A stretch of DNA of 29,067 nucleotides from Chthonomonas calidirosea. Its GTDB lineage: Bacteria > Armatimonadota > Fimbriimonadia > Fimbriimonadales > Fimbriimonadaceae. Positions 16,468 to 24,501 of this stretch are shown in pieces. Where the stretch lies: positions 1 to 29,067 of the forward strand of contig CAMAPH010000036.1 of assembly GCA_945859975.1 (NCBI GenBank), given 5' to 3'. The stretch's first letter is position 1, and each line of letters begins with the position of its first letter. The notes below the pieces were generated by a model. That model searched no databases, was not told the DNA's origin, and saw only the letters and a list, made by a program, of their open reading frames with translations. The position numbers were made by a program, and so were the translations under genes.

Positions 16468-17508
16468 TTACTGCTTGAGGGCTAGGTCTTCGTTTAGGCG
16501 AACACCGAGGAGAGTTCCGCGGGCCAGCTTGACATCTGAAGGATTCTGCTTCGGCTTTTCTGCCGAACCGATGACATAGCCGAGGAGCCCACCCAAAAGG
16601 GCTTTCTCCAGCGAGAGCTTGCCGCCGCTAAGCAGCCCGACCAGCACGCCAGCGCCTGCTCCGTAGCCGGCGTAGACAATTCGGTTGTCCTTGTTCTTAT
16701 TCTTTGCGGTCATCACGCCGTCTGCATCCCGATCAACGGCTTCTGAGTCAAGGCTGTAGAGGCTGCCAGCAAGCGGGGTTGTCTTTCCGTTCGGGAGTCG
16801 AATTCGGTCGAAGGAAAGGTCTAGAACGCCTGGCTCTGATCCCTTCTTGGCGCGAACGTCGCTCACGTGGCCTTCGATGTAGCTGCCGAGGGGAATTCCG
16901 CCGTAAGCCTTTTCATCGGTGGTTTGGATGATCGCGGTGAACTTGTCGCCCTTCTTGGAATCCGTGCTGGAAAGGGTCTGGTTCAAGCTGATGGGGAGAA
17001 CCGTGTAGGCTTCAATGAGCTTTGGAACGGGCATCGACTCATCGTTACCGTTGTTAAAGTTCTCGCCCGAGCCCATGCCTTCACCGGTGGTGATGGCAAC
17101 CATCATCTGGTCGGGCATGTACTTGACATCTGCGCCAAGAGCTTCACTGACGAATCGAAGCGGTACGAGCGTTGAACCGCCGATGATCTGTGCCGGGGTG
17201 TCGAGCATGACGTCCAAGCCATCGACCTTCGCAGTTCGATTGCCGATGAAAAGCATGATCTCTTTGTTGCCTTTCATGGCCGAAACGGTTCGGGTGGATG
17301 AATTCCAGTTGACCGAAGCGTTGAGGGATTCGAAAATGCCGCGGATTGGGACCAGGATTCGACCATTTTGTCGGATGGGTTTGGTCGCGCCGAACTTGAC
17401 GGGTCGGCCGTCAACTTCAACCTGGATTTCCTGCGCGGTGGCAATGGCACCGATTGTAAGCAGGGCAAGCGCCGAGCAGCATTTCATGCCAATTTGTTTA
17501 ATTACCAT
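16468..17508 (-). CDS. Exported protein: copper-amine-oxidase N-terminal (stalk) domain plus TrbI/VirB10-like beta domain with glycine zipper; not a catalytic oxidase
   Basis: Signal peptide (...KCCSALALLTIGAIATAQ); stalk-domain signatures GRILVPIRGIFESLNASVNW and GSTLVPLRFVSEALGADV; LSSTDSKKGDKFTA, IPLGSYIEGHV, LDLSFDRIRLPNG, GAGAGVLVG. Start is ATG 17508 or 17487. Confidence 0.8.
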   Translation of the reverse strand: MVIKQIGMKCCSALALLTIGAIATAQEIQVEVDGRPVKFGATKPIRQNGRILVPIRGIFESLNASVNWNSSTRTVSAMKGNKEIMLFIGNRTAKVDGLDVMLDTPAQIIGGSTLVPLRFVSEALGADVKYMPDQMMVAITTGEGMGSGENFNNGNDESMPVPKLIEAYTVLPISLNQTLSSTDSKKGDKFTAIIQTTDEKAYGGIPLGSYIEGHVSDVRAKKGSEPGVLDLSFDRIRLPNGKTTPLAGSLYSLDSEAVDRDADGVMTAKNKNKDNRIVYAGYGAGAGVLVGLLSGGKLSLEKALLGGLLGYVIGSAEKPKQNPSDVKLARGTLLGVRLNEDLALKQ

Positions 17509-17521
17509 TTCGTTCTCTTTC

Positions 17522-17546
17522 GGCGAGTACCTAGCTGGCACTCGCC
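17522..17546 (-). other. 10-bp stem-loop in the presumed 5' UTR of the stalk-domain gene
   Basis: Minus-strand RNA GGCGAGUGCC-AGCUA-GGUACUCGCC pairs fully with one G-U; the plus strand would have an A-C mismatch. No U-tract follows. Confidence 0.6.
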
Positions 17547-17685
17547 TTGAATCATTTTGGACCGAAATTAGCTTGAATTGTTCGATAATTCGCAAGAACA
17601 GGTCTTTTCTGAAAACTATGGGTCTTAGAAAATTGGGACCCCATGACCGGGCAATTTCTTAATCTTGTATCCTAGGTTGCTTCCA

Positions 17686-18393
17686 ATGATGCAGATTCTA
17701 GATTTCGTACGGCACGTTCCAGAACACGTTGGAGACTTGATCACCCGGTATGGATCGTGGAGCTACGCGATTCTGTTCCTGATCATCTTTGCGGAGACCG
17801 GTTTGGTCTTCATGCCGTTTCTTCCGGGCGACTCACTCTTGTTCGCGGCGGGGATTTTTGCCAACCCACCAGCGGGCCGACCTGGATTTAACGTTTGGAT
17901 TCTGCTGATCACGTTAACGATCGCGCCGTTGGTTGGTGACTCGGTGAACTATCACGTCGGGAAGTACCTTGGGCCAAGGCTCTTTAACAAAGAAGGCGCG
18001 AAGTTCCTCAGCCGTAAGAATCTAGAAGCGACCAAAGCCTTCTTCGAAAAGCACGGGCCGAAGGCCGTCATCATTGCCCGATGGGTCCCGATCATCAGAA
18101 CCCTTGCTCCATTCGTAGCCGGTATGGGCGCGATGGAGTACAAGAAGTTCTTCACCTATAGTTTCATTGGTGCATTCCTTTGGGTTTGGATATGCGTCGG
18201 TGCTGGCTACTTCCTCGGCGCTATTCCTTGGGTTAAGAACAACTTTGAGTACGCAATGCTGGCGATTATCGTGGTGACGGGCGCGCCGCCGCTTTACGAA
18301 ATGCTGAAGCACACGATGGAGTCCAAGAAGGCGGCAAAAGCGGAACTAGAAGCTGCCGCCAAAGCCCAGGACGCCAGCGAACCCCTCAGCTAG
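17686..18393 (+). CDS. dedA: DedA/VTT family membrane protein
   Basis: ILFLIIFAETGLV, PFLPGDSLLFAAG, GDSVNYHVG, FFEKHGPKAVIIARWVPIIRTLAPFVAG. ATG 17686 is preceded by TAGGTT-N7. Confidence 0.93.
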   Translation: MMQILDFVRHVPEHVGDLITRYGSWSYAILFLIIFAETGLVFMPFLPGDSLLFAAGIFANPPAGRPGFNVWILLITLTIAPLVGDSVNYHVGKYLGPRLFNKEGAKFLSRKNLEATKAFFEKHGPKAVIIARWVPIIRTLAPFVAGMGAMEYKKFFTYSFIGAFLWVWICVGAGYFLGAIPWVKNNFEYAMLAIIVVTGAPPLYEMLKHTMESKKAAKAELEAAAKAQDASEPLS

Positions 18394-18999
18394 CATCACG
18401 GAGCCAGCCAAGTTTGGGTGCACGCGATCCCAGCACATTGCCGCGGGATAGTAGTGATCCAGGAAATTGGTGAAGAGCGCTTGGGTGTCTAGAAAGTCTG
18501 TCCCGAATTCGGAGGAGATGGCTTTCACGATCGCGCCGTACTCGTCCATCTTCGCCCGCATCGCATCGGCGGGGTTGGGCTCAAGATAGAACGGGGTTGC
18601 CAGCAGCATCTCGATTCCTCGTTCCGCGGTCTGCTTCGTGAGTTCGCGCAATGTGGACTCGTACTCATCCGGCAGCACGTGACCCGCAGGGAACAGCGGC
18701 GAGTCAAACTGCCGCCAGACGTCATTCGTTCCGATCATCACGGTGACGACATCTGGGTTCAGATCAAAGACATCCCGCTGCCAGCGATCCGCCAAATCTC
18801 GAACGGTGTGGCCGCTCGTTCCGGTGTTGAGGAACACAAGGCCCAGTTCCGGCTTGCGGGCCAGCGCAAAGGCGTTCAGAAGCGCGACGTAGCCGCTGCC
18901 AAGGCCAGAGCCGGCAGTACCGACCGGCTGGTTGCGGCCAGCGTCGGTAATGCTGTCTCCAATCGTGACGATGCGGGTTCCGGGTTGAAGCGCTTTCAT
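18346..18999 (-). CDS. SGNH/GDSL hydrolase (probable carbohydrate esterase)
   Basis: All four blocks present: IGDSITD, NTGTSG, IGTND, DRVHP; ATGA overlap with the GH20 gene. Confidence 0.92.
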   Translation of the reverse strand: MKALQPGTRIVTIGDSITDAGRNQPVGTAGSGLGSGYVALLNAFALARKPELGLVFLNTGTSGHTVRDLADRWQRDVFDLNPDVVTVMIGTNDVWRQFDSPLFPAGHVLPDEYESTLRELTKQTAERGIEMLLATPFYLEPNPADAMRAKMDEYGAIVKAISSEFGTDFLDTQALFTNFLDHYYPAAMCWDRVHPNLAGSVMLAEGFAGVLGFGGSF

Positions 19000-21476
19000 G
19001 GCAACGAACCGAATTCTATCCCGTAGCCCTTCAAGTTGAGACCGGAGTATCGACTGGTCGGGGTCAAAACGATTTGTCGGACGGGTTTGCTTTGGGCCGG
19101 GATCAGGAACCCGGTGGTTGGCGAGACGATGGTTGCCCGGTTGTCGGCTGCAGACCGAACGTGCCAGCCATAGTGAATTGGCAAGACCTTCTTGGTTCCG
19201 TCCGCGAGTTGGACTTCTGCGTTCGCAACGAGCTCTCCCTCGGAGACTTCAAAGGTGGTTTCAAGCTGGAGATGAACGCTGGAAACGTTTGATTCGGGAC
19301 GAGATTTGCCGAGATCCAAGACGATTGGAGCGGGCTCGACTCCGTCCAAAATGGAACCCGCCTTTGCCGGTGCGGCAAGGGTCTGGTCGATTCTGGACTG
19401 AGGCTTTACGGCCTTTGGTGTGCCAAAGTAGAGGTCGCGGAAGACCGTTGTCGGGTCGTAGCCGAGGGCGTTGGGCATCTCGCCGCGGTCGCTCCAGGCG
19501 TAGTCGGCGGCAAGTACCATGGCCGAAAACTGGCGGAACTCGCGCAGCATGTTCGCCTCATTCGAGGTGTATCCGGCCCAGGTGGTTAGCAGAGTTCCGT
19601 AGCCCTTGGCGGCGAGGGTGAAGCCTCGAATGTTCTCCGGGCGGAACCACATGCTGGCGATGGGCCGTTGACCGCTTTTCGCCCAAACGTTGAGAGACTT
19701 GCGGAACGGCTCGGAATCGGGTTCCGCGCGGTAGTGCCAGTCGGTGATCATGGCGTTCTTCGGAATAGCGGTCCGGCGGGCGGCGGCTTCCGTTGCGTCG
19801 TGGCCATGGGCGGCATCGATGGCCTCACCCGGTGCGAGACCCTTGTCTCCCCACAGCATCATCTTCTTGCCTTTCTTCTTGGTGATGTCGGCAAGAAACG
19901 GCAGTTGTTGCTGCCATAAGGCGGTGACCAATTTGGGGTCGTCCGGGAATCCCCGCATGTCGATTTCGTCTAGCCCAAAGTGGAGGTTCTTTGGATTCAG
20001 CAACGCGATGGCTTCATCCCAAATTTCGGCCAGCTTTGATTGTGCTTCCGGTTTTCGGGGATCAATCGCGTAGGGGACTTCGCGATTAAAGGCGAGGTCC
20101 AGATTTTTCTGGTTTGCAAAGAGCCATTCCATGTGCCCGAAGCTCTGGATCATCGGGGTTGGCTCGACCTGCATGGCTCGGTAGGCGGCGAAAAGCTTGG
20201 AGAGGTCTTCCTTTCGCATTGTTTCCGAGGTTTGGGTTCCCGGAATCGCATCCCAGGCCGTGCGTTCGCACTGAAGCACGACTTGGTTTAGGCCTAACGG
20301 ACGTAAGACGCGGGTCCAGAGTTTGGTTTGGAAGGCGGTCGCTTCCGGACCAACGAAGAGGTGCACTCCGCGGAAGTCTCGTTCCGGCGCATCGACCAAG
20401 ATTCCGGTCGGAAGAACCAGCTTTCCGTTTCGCCGAATGGCGAGTCGCGCCAGTCGCTCCAGGCCAGTTCTCAGACCCTCGGCATCCTCGCCAATCACGC
20501 TTGCGGAGCCCGGTTTGATGGATATTCGGTAGCCCCCGGGAGCAAGGCCAAGCCTTCCCAGACCACCGTCAATCGCGATGGTGTCCGGTATGGATTTCCA
20601 GTCGGAGTAGTACCGATCTAGGGCTGCAAGGAAGTTGTCGAAGCCCGTGAATCGGCCTCCCGGCAAGGTGATTTTCCCGCCAATCGGAGTCGTCTTTTCG
20701 TAGCTAAGTTGGCTCTTTTTAGGTTTAGGAATCATTACCGGAACATCATCGTTCGCCACGGCAGGTTTTGCTTGTGTCGGGACGACCAGCTTCGTGGGGG
20801 CTGACTTTTGGAGGCTGGGTGGCTGATTCGGAAGCGTCCATGTCAACTTCCAGGTCCGCTCGGAATTGGGCGGAATCGTGATTGAGCCCGCACCGAGCCA
20901 GAGAAGCGGCGCGGTTTGGGCCCAGTCTTGGCCGTATCCACGAGCGTCGAACAGATCCAGGGTGATGTCGCTCTGAACCACCACCTTTCCGAGTTGAGTA
21001 TCAAATTCGAACTTGTTGCCTGGCTTGCCGATGGGGCGTCCCTGCATTTCCGGCGAGGTTGGGGGAGTCTGAGAAACGCGCGCGCCCTGGTCATCCACGC
21101 GTATCGAGCCGTTGGCAAACGGTGGAACCCAAAACATTCCGGCGGTGGCTTCCACGTTTACCGGCTTTGGACCTTTCCACCCGTAGGTGTTTGTTTGCAA
21201 GATTTGGTTGCCAACTTGCTCAAATCGTTGCGTTCCGTAGGCCCTTGTGTCTTTGCCAACAAACGAAACAACCGTTACGTTTCCTTGCTTTGTGACGGTC
21301 TGATCTTGGAACTGGCTGCTGTAGTAGCCCGCACTCCAATCGGGCTCGTAATACTGAAACCACGTGCCTTTGACCAGCGGAACCGCGAAGGCCGATATAG
21401 CGACGCCCTTGCGCGATTCCACTTTCAGATCGATTCCGGTTGTCTGCGCCATCAGCGCCGCGCACATCACCACCAT
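18996..21476 (-). CDS. GH20-like beta-N-acetylhexosaminidase with extra N- and C-terminal beta-rich domains
   Basis: GH20b-like GGYRISI, DAPERDFRGVHL, IQSFGHMEW, catalytic HFGLDE, MMLWGD, DWHY. Confidence 0.8.
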   Translation of the reverse strand: MVVMCAALMAQTTGIDLKVESRKGVAISAFAVPLVKGTWFQYYEPDWSAGYYSSQFQDQTVTKQGNVTVVSFVGKDTRAYGTQRFEQVGNQILQTNTYGWKGPKPVNVEATAGMFWVPPFANGSIRVDDQGARVSQTPPTSPEMQGRPIGKPGNKFEFDTQLGKVVVQSDITLDLFDARGYGQDWAQTAPLLWLGAGSITIPPNSERTWKLTWTLPNQPPSLQKSAPTKLVVPTQAKPAVANDDVPVMIPKPKKSQLSYEKTTPIGGKITLPGGRFTGFDNFLAALDRYYSDWKSIPDTIAIDGGLGRLGLAPGGYRISIKPGSASVIGEDAEGLRTGLERLARLAIRRNGKLVLPTGILVDAPERDFRGVHLFVGPEATAFQTKLWTRVLRPLGLNQVVLQCERTAWDAIPGTQTSETMRKEDLSKLFAAYRAMQVEPTPMIQSFGHMEWLFANQKNLDLAFNREVPYAIDPRKPEAQSKLAEIWDEAIALLNPKNLHFGLDEIDMRGFPDDPKLVTALWQQQLPFLADITKKKGKKMMLWGDKGLAPGEAIDAAHGHDATEAAARRTAIPKNAMITDWHYRAEPDSEPFRKSLNVWAKSGQRPIASMWFRPENIRGFTLAAKGYGTLLTTWAGYTSNEANMLREFRQFSAMVLAADYAWSDRGEMPNALGYDPTTVFRDLYFGTPKAVKPQSRIDQTLAAPAKAGSILDGVEPAPIVLDLGKSRPESNVSSVHLQLETTFEVSEGELVANAEVQLADGTKKVLPIHYGWHVRSAADNRATIVSPTTGFLIPAQSKPVRQIVLTPTSRYSGLNLKGYGIEFGSLP

Positions 21477-21482
21477 GTCTTC

Positions 21483-21488
21483 ATTCTG
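21483..21488 (-). promoter_or_regulatory. Possible -10 element (CAGAAT) 6 nt before the GH20 ATG, inside a TCTTCA-N10-TGAAGA inverted repeat
   Basis: Minus strand reads CAGAAT-gaagac-ATG; the repeat arms are at 21478-21483 and 21494-21499. Confidence 0.35.
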
Positions 21489-21506
21489 ACGACTGAAGAA
21501 AGCGAG

Positions 21507-23567
21507 CTATGCGTCTTTGCTTTGGAACTGATACTTGGTGAGCGGATGCGTGATGAACCACGACTGCGCGTCCAGCGGCCGATCTGGATTCGGTTTGCAC
21601 CGCGTGTAAACCCCGTCTGGGCCTAAGATCCAAGTTTTCAGAGAGTCTTCGAGCGCGCTTTCGAGGACGTTTTCTCGGATCAGATGAACCAAGGTGGGGT
21701 CTTCAACCGGTACGAGAACTTCAACTCGTCGGTCGAGGTTTCGTCGCATGGCATCCGCGCTGCCCACCAATACGTCGCGTTCGCCACCGTTCTCGAAGTA
21801 GTAGATGCGGCTGTGCTCAAGGAAGCGACCGACCAGCGATTTCACGATGATGTTCTCGCTTAGACCTTCGACTCCCGGGCGGAGGCAGCAGATTCCACGC
21901 ACGATAAGGTCGACCCTCACGCCTGCCGCGCTAGCCGCGTAGAGTGCGTCGATGATTTCCGGATCGACGAGCGAGTTGATTTTGAAAATGATTCGGCCGG
22001 CTCCGCCTTGTTTCTGGGTTCGAATCTCTCGTCGAATGCGCTCGATGATCCCTTCGCGAAGATTGACCGGGGCAACGAGGAGCTTCCGGTACTTGGTTTG
22101 CCGGCTGTAACCGGTGAGGTAGTTGAAGAGTTCGCTGATGTCCTGGCAGATGGCTTCATCGGTCGTGAAGAGCCCGATGTCCGTGTACAGTCGCGCCGTC
22201 GCAGGGTTATAGTTTCCGGTGCCGATGTGCGCGTATTGTCGAACGCCATCGCGCTCCCGCCGGACGATCAGGCAGAGCTTACAGTGGGTTTTGAACTCGG
22301 TAAATCCGTACGTCACGTGAACGCCGGCGCGTTCTAGAGCCCGGGCCCAGCCGAGGTTGTTGCTTTCATCGAAGCGAGCTTTGAGTTCGACCATCGCGGC
22401 GACCTGCTTGCCTTGATCAGCGGCGGCGAGAAGACTCTCAACGATTGGGGACTCCTTTCCAACCCGGTACAGGGTGGTCTTGATGCCAATGACGTCGGGA
22501 TCTTTGGCGGCGGAAGCAACGAACTCTTCGACGGTGCGAAAGCCGTCGTACGGGTGATGCATGAGCACGTCGCGCTGGCCGACGGTATCGAAAATGCCCT
22601 TGTAGTTCGAGAGGTGATCGTTGACGTAGGGAAGATGTGGCTTGAAGCGTAGGGCTGGTTTGTCAATCTTGGTGAGTTCCCAAAGGACCTCTAGCCCGAG
22701 CATTCCGTCGATTTCAAAAACGTCCTCTTCGTCGAGTTCCAGGAGCTGACGAAGGGTCTGTTGCACCGCCGCGGGCATGGTGGGTTGAACCTGGACCAAA
22801 ACGGGATCACCAAACCGGCGTAGGCGCAAGGTTTCTTCGATCGTGGCAATCAGGTCAGCGGCTTCGAGCTCCAGAATTTCGATGTCAGCGTCTCGAATCA
22901 CCCGGAACTGGTGAACACCTTTGATGGTGACGCCGGGGAAGAAGGCGGAGACGTTCGCCGCGATGAGTTCTTCAAGTAGAACGAATTCGTTCTTCCGCTT
23001 GCCAAGGCGCACAGCACGGGGGATGACGGTTGGGACCTTGATGCGGGCCAAAAGCGACTCGCCTCGCTCGTTCATCAACTCGACGCAAAGGTTCAGCGAC
23101 CGATTGGAGATGAACGGCATGCTCGGGGCCGGATCGAGGATCAGCGGAGTGCAGAGCGGAAAGACGTCGGACTGGAAGTAGTGATTGAGTTCGCGACGTT
23201 GTCGTTCGCTGAGGGACTCGATTGAGCGGATTTGGACGCCGTGCTCGTCCAGCTTCGGCATGAGTTCTTCAACCAGCACACGCGAAGCTTCTTGGCGAAG
23301 CGGCTGAGCCGTGCCGGAGATCGCGGCGAGTTGGTCGTTTGGTGTAAGTCCGTCGGGAGAGGTTTCGAGGACGCCGCTCTCGAACTGTTCGATCAGTCCA
23401 GAAACGCGGACCATGTAAAACTCGTCGAGATTGCTCTCAAAGATCGCTAGGAACTTCAACCGTTCAAGCAGCGGATTGGATTCGTTGAGGGCTTCTTCCA
23501 GCACGCGCTGGTTAAAGGCAAGCCAGCTGAGTTCTCGGTTTATGTAGCGTACGGCGGCTTCTTTCAC
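21507..23567 (-). CDS. ppk1: Polyphosphate kinase 1
   Basis: YINRELSWLAFNQRVL, SNLDEFYMVRV, HHPY, KTTLYR, VELKARFDE, KTHCK (phospho-His), GTGNYN, IVRGICCLRPG, RFLEHSR, RNLDRRVE. Confidence 0.97.
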   Translation of the reverse strand: MKEAAVRYINRELSWLAFNQRVLEEALNESNPLLERLKFLAIFESNLDEFYMVRVSGLIEQFESGVLETSPDGLTPNDQLAAISGTAQPLRQEASRVLVEELMPKLDEHGVQIRSIESLSERQRRELNHYFQSDVFPLCTPLILDPAPSMPFISNRSLNLCVELMNERGESLLARIKVPTVIPRAVRLGKRKNEFVLLEELIAANVSAFFPGVTIKGVHQFRVIRDADIEILELEAADLIATIEETLRLRRFGDPVLVQVQPTMPAAVQQTLRQLLELDEEDVFEIDGMLGLEVLWELTKIDKPALRFKPHLPYVNDHLSNYKGIFDTVGQRDVLMHHPYDGFRTVEEFVASAAKDPDVIGIKTTLYRVGKESPIVESLLAAADQGKQVAAMVELKARFDESNNLGWARALERAGVHVTYGFTEFKTHCKLCLIVRRERDGVRQYAHIGTGNYNPATARLYTDIGLFTTDEAICQDISELFNYLTGYSRQTKYRKLLVAPVNLREGIIERIRREIRTQKQGGAGRIIFKINSLVDPEIIDALYAASAAGVRVDLIVRGICCLRPGVEGLSENIIVKSLVGRFLEHSRIYYFENGGERDVLVGSADAMRRNLDRRVEVLVPVEDPTLVHLIRENVLESALEDSLKTWILGPDGVYTRCKPNPDRPLDAQSWFITHPLTKYQFQSKDA

Positions 23568-24463
23568 TTTCTCTTCTCCTTACGAAACATCTCCAAAATC
23601 GCTCCTTCTCGGATTCCGAATTCGCTGATGGCTATTTCATCCAGGCCGAAATGATCCATGAGCGCGGCATAGACGAGCGCCCCGGGAAGAAGGGTGCCAG
23701 CTCGCTTCTGCTTGACGCTAAAGCGGTTGACGATACGGTCTATCGTGAGCCGAGAAGCGGCCCAAGCGAGGTAATCGAGCTCGATTCGGGCGATCGTTTT
23801 CTCGCCATCGGGATGCACGGCGCGCCATAGGCCGCGTCCCACACCACCGCTGCTGGCGGCGATTCCGCCGGTGACCACGATGTTGACTTTATCGAGCTGT
23901 GACCGGATATAAGCACGAGCACGAGCTTCCGCTTCAGGTGTGCACGGGGTGGTGAGTCCACTTTCCGCGATCACCCGTCCGGTGCCGAGCGGGAGCGACT
24001 GCTTTTCCGTCAGCTTGCCATCGGCCACCACTCCGATCTGGCAGCTTCCGCCGCCGACTTCTAGCATCAGGCTGATCGGCAGATGCTTGGTATCGAGCTG
24101 AATGCCGCGATACGAAAGCTCGGCTTCGCGCTGGGGAGAAATGAGATCGACGGTGACGCCGGTTTCTTCCTTGATTCGGGCAAGGACTTCATCGTGATTC
24201 GAAGCGGCGCGCATGCCCTCGGTTGCGAAGACATACAGATTTTCCGCAGCTTTGGCGGTGCTGATGCGCCGAAACTCTCGGACGACGAGCACCAACTGCT
24301 GGACGATTTCTTTCGGGATCGCACCGACGCGCGAGACGACTTCGCCGAGGGGGATCCACTCGTTATAGTTGTCAAGCCGCATCACGAGTTCGCCATCGGT
24401 GGCCGCAACCAACAGGTGGGCGGTGTTTGAGCCGATATCGGCAGCGGCAAGAACTCGGGGCAT
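23564..24463 (-). CDS. ppx: Short (two-domain) Ppx/GppA family exopolyphosphatase with a variant metal-binding motif
   Basis: AAADIGSNT, REAELSYRG, EVGGGSCQ, SLPLGTGR, SEFGIREGAI; GTGA overlap with ppk1. Confidence 0.88.
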   Translation of the reverse strand: MPRVLAAADIGSNTAHLLVAATDGELVMRLDNYNEWIPLGEVVSRVGAIPKEIVQQLVLVVREFRRISTAKAAENLYVFATEGMRAASNHDEVLARIKEETGVTVDLISPQREAELSYRGIQLDTKHLPISLMLEVGGGSCQIGVVADGKLTEKQSLPLGTGRVIAESGLTTPCTPEAEARARAYIRSQLDKVNIVVTGGIAASSGGVGRGLWRAVHPDGEKTIARIELDYLAWAASRLTIDRIVNRFSVKQKRAGTLLPGALVYAALMDHFGLDEIAISEFGIREGAILEMFRKEKRK

Positions 24464-24501
24464 GGGCTACATGATTCCCGGCAAGCGGGCTGGATTGCTT
24501 G

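Noticed and set aside
16468..17508. Copper amine oxidase enzyme or type IV secretion system
   Set aside because: Only the non-catalytic stalk domain is present, and there are no VirB4/VirD4 or other conjugation genes in the window.
17509..17685. Known riboswitch or intrinsic terminator in the intergenic region
   Set aside because: I could not match a riboswitch consensus by eye and the hairpin lacks a U-tract; an Rfam scan would be decisive.
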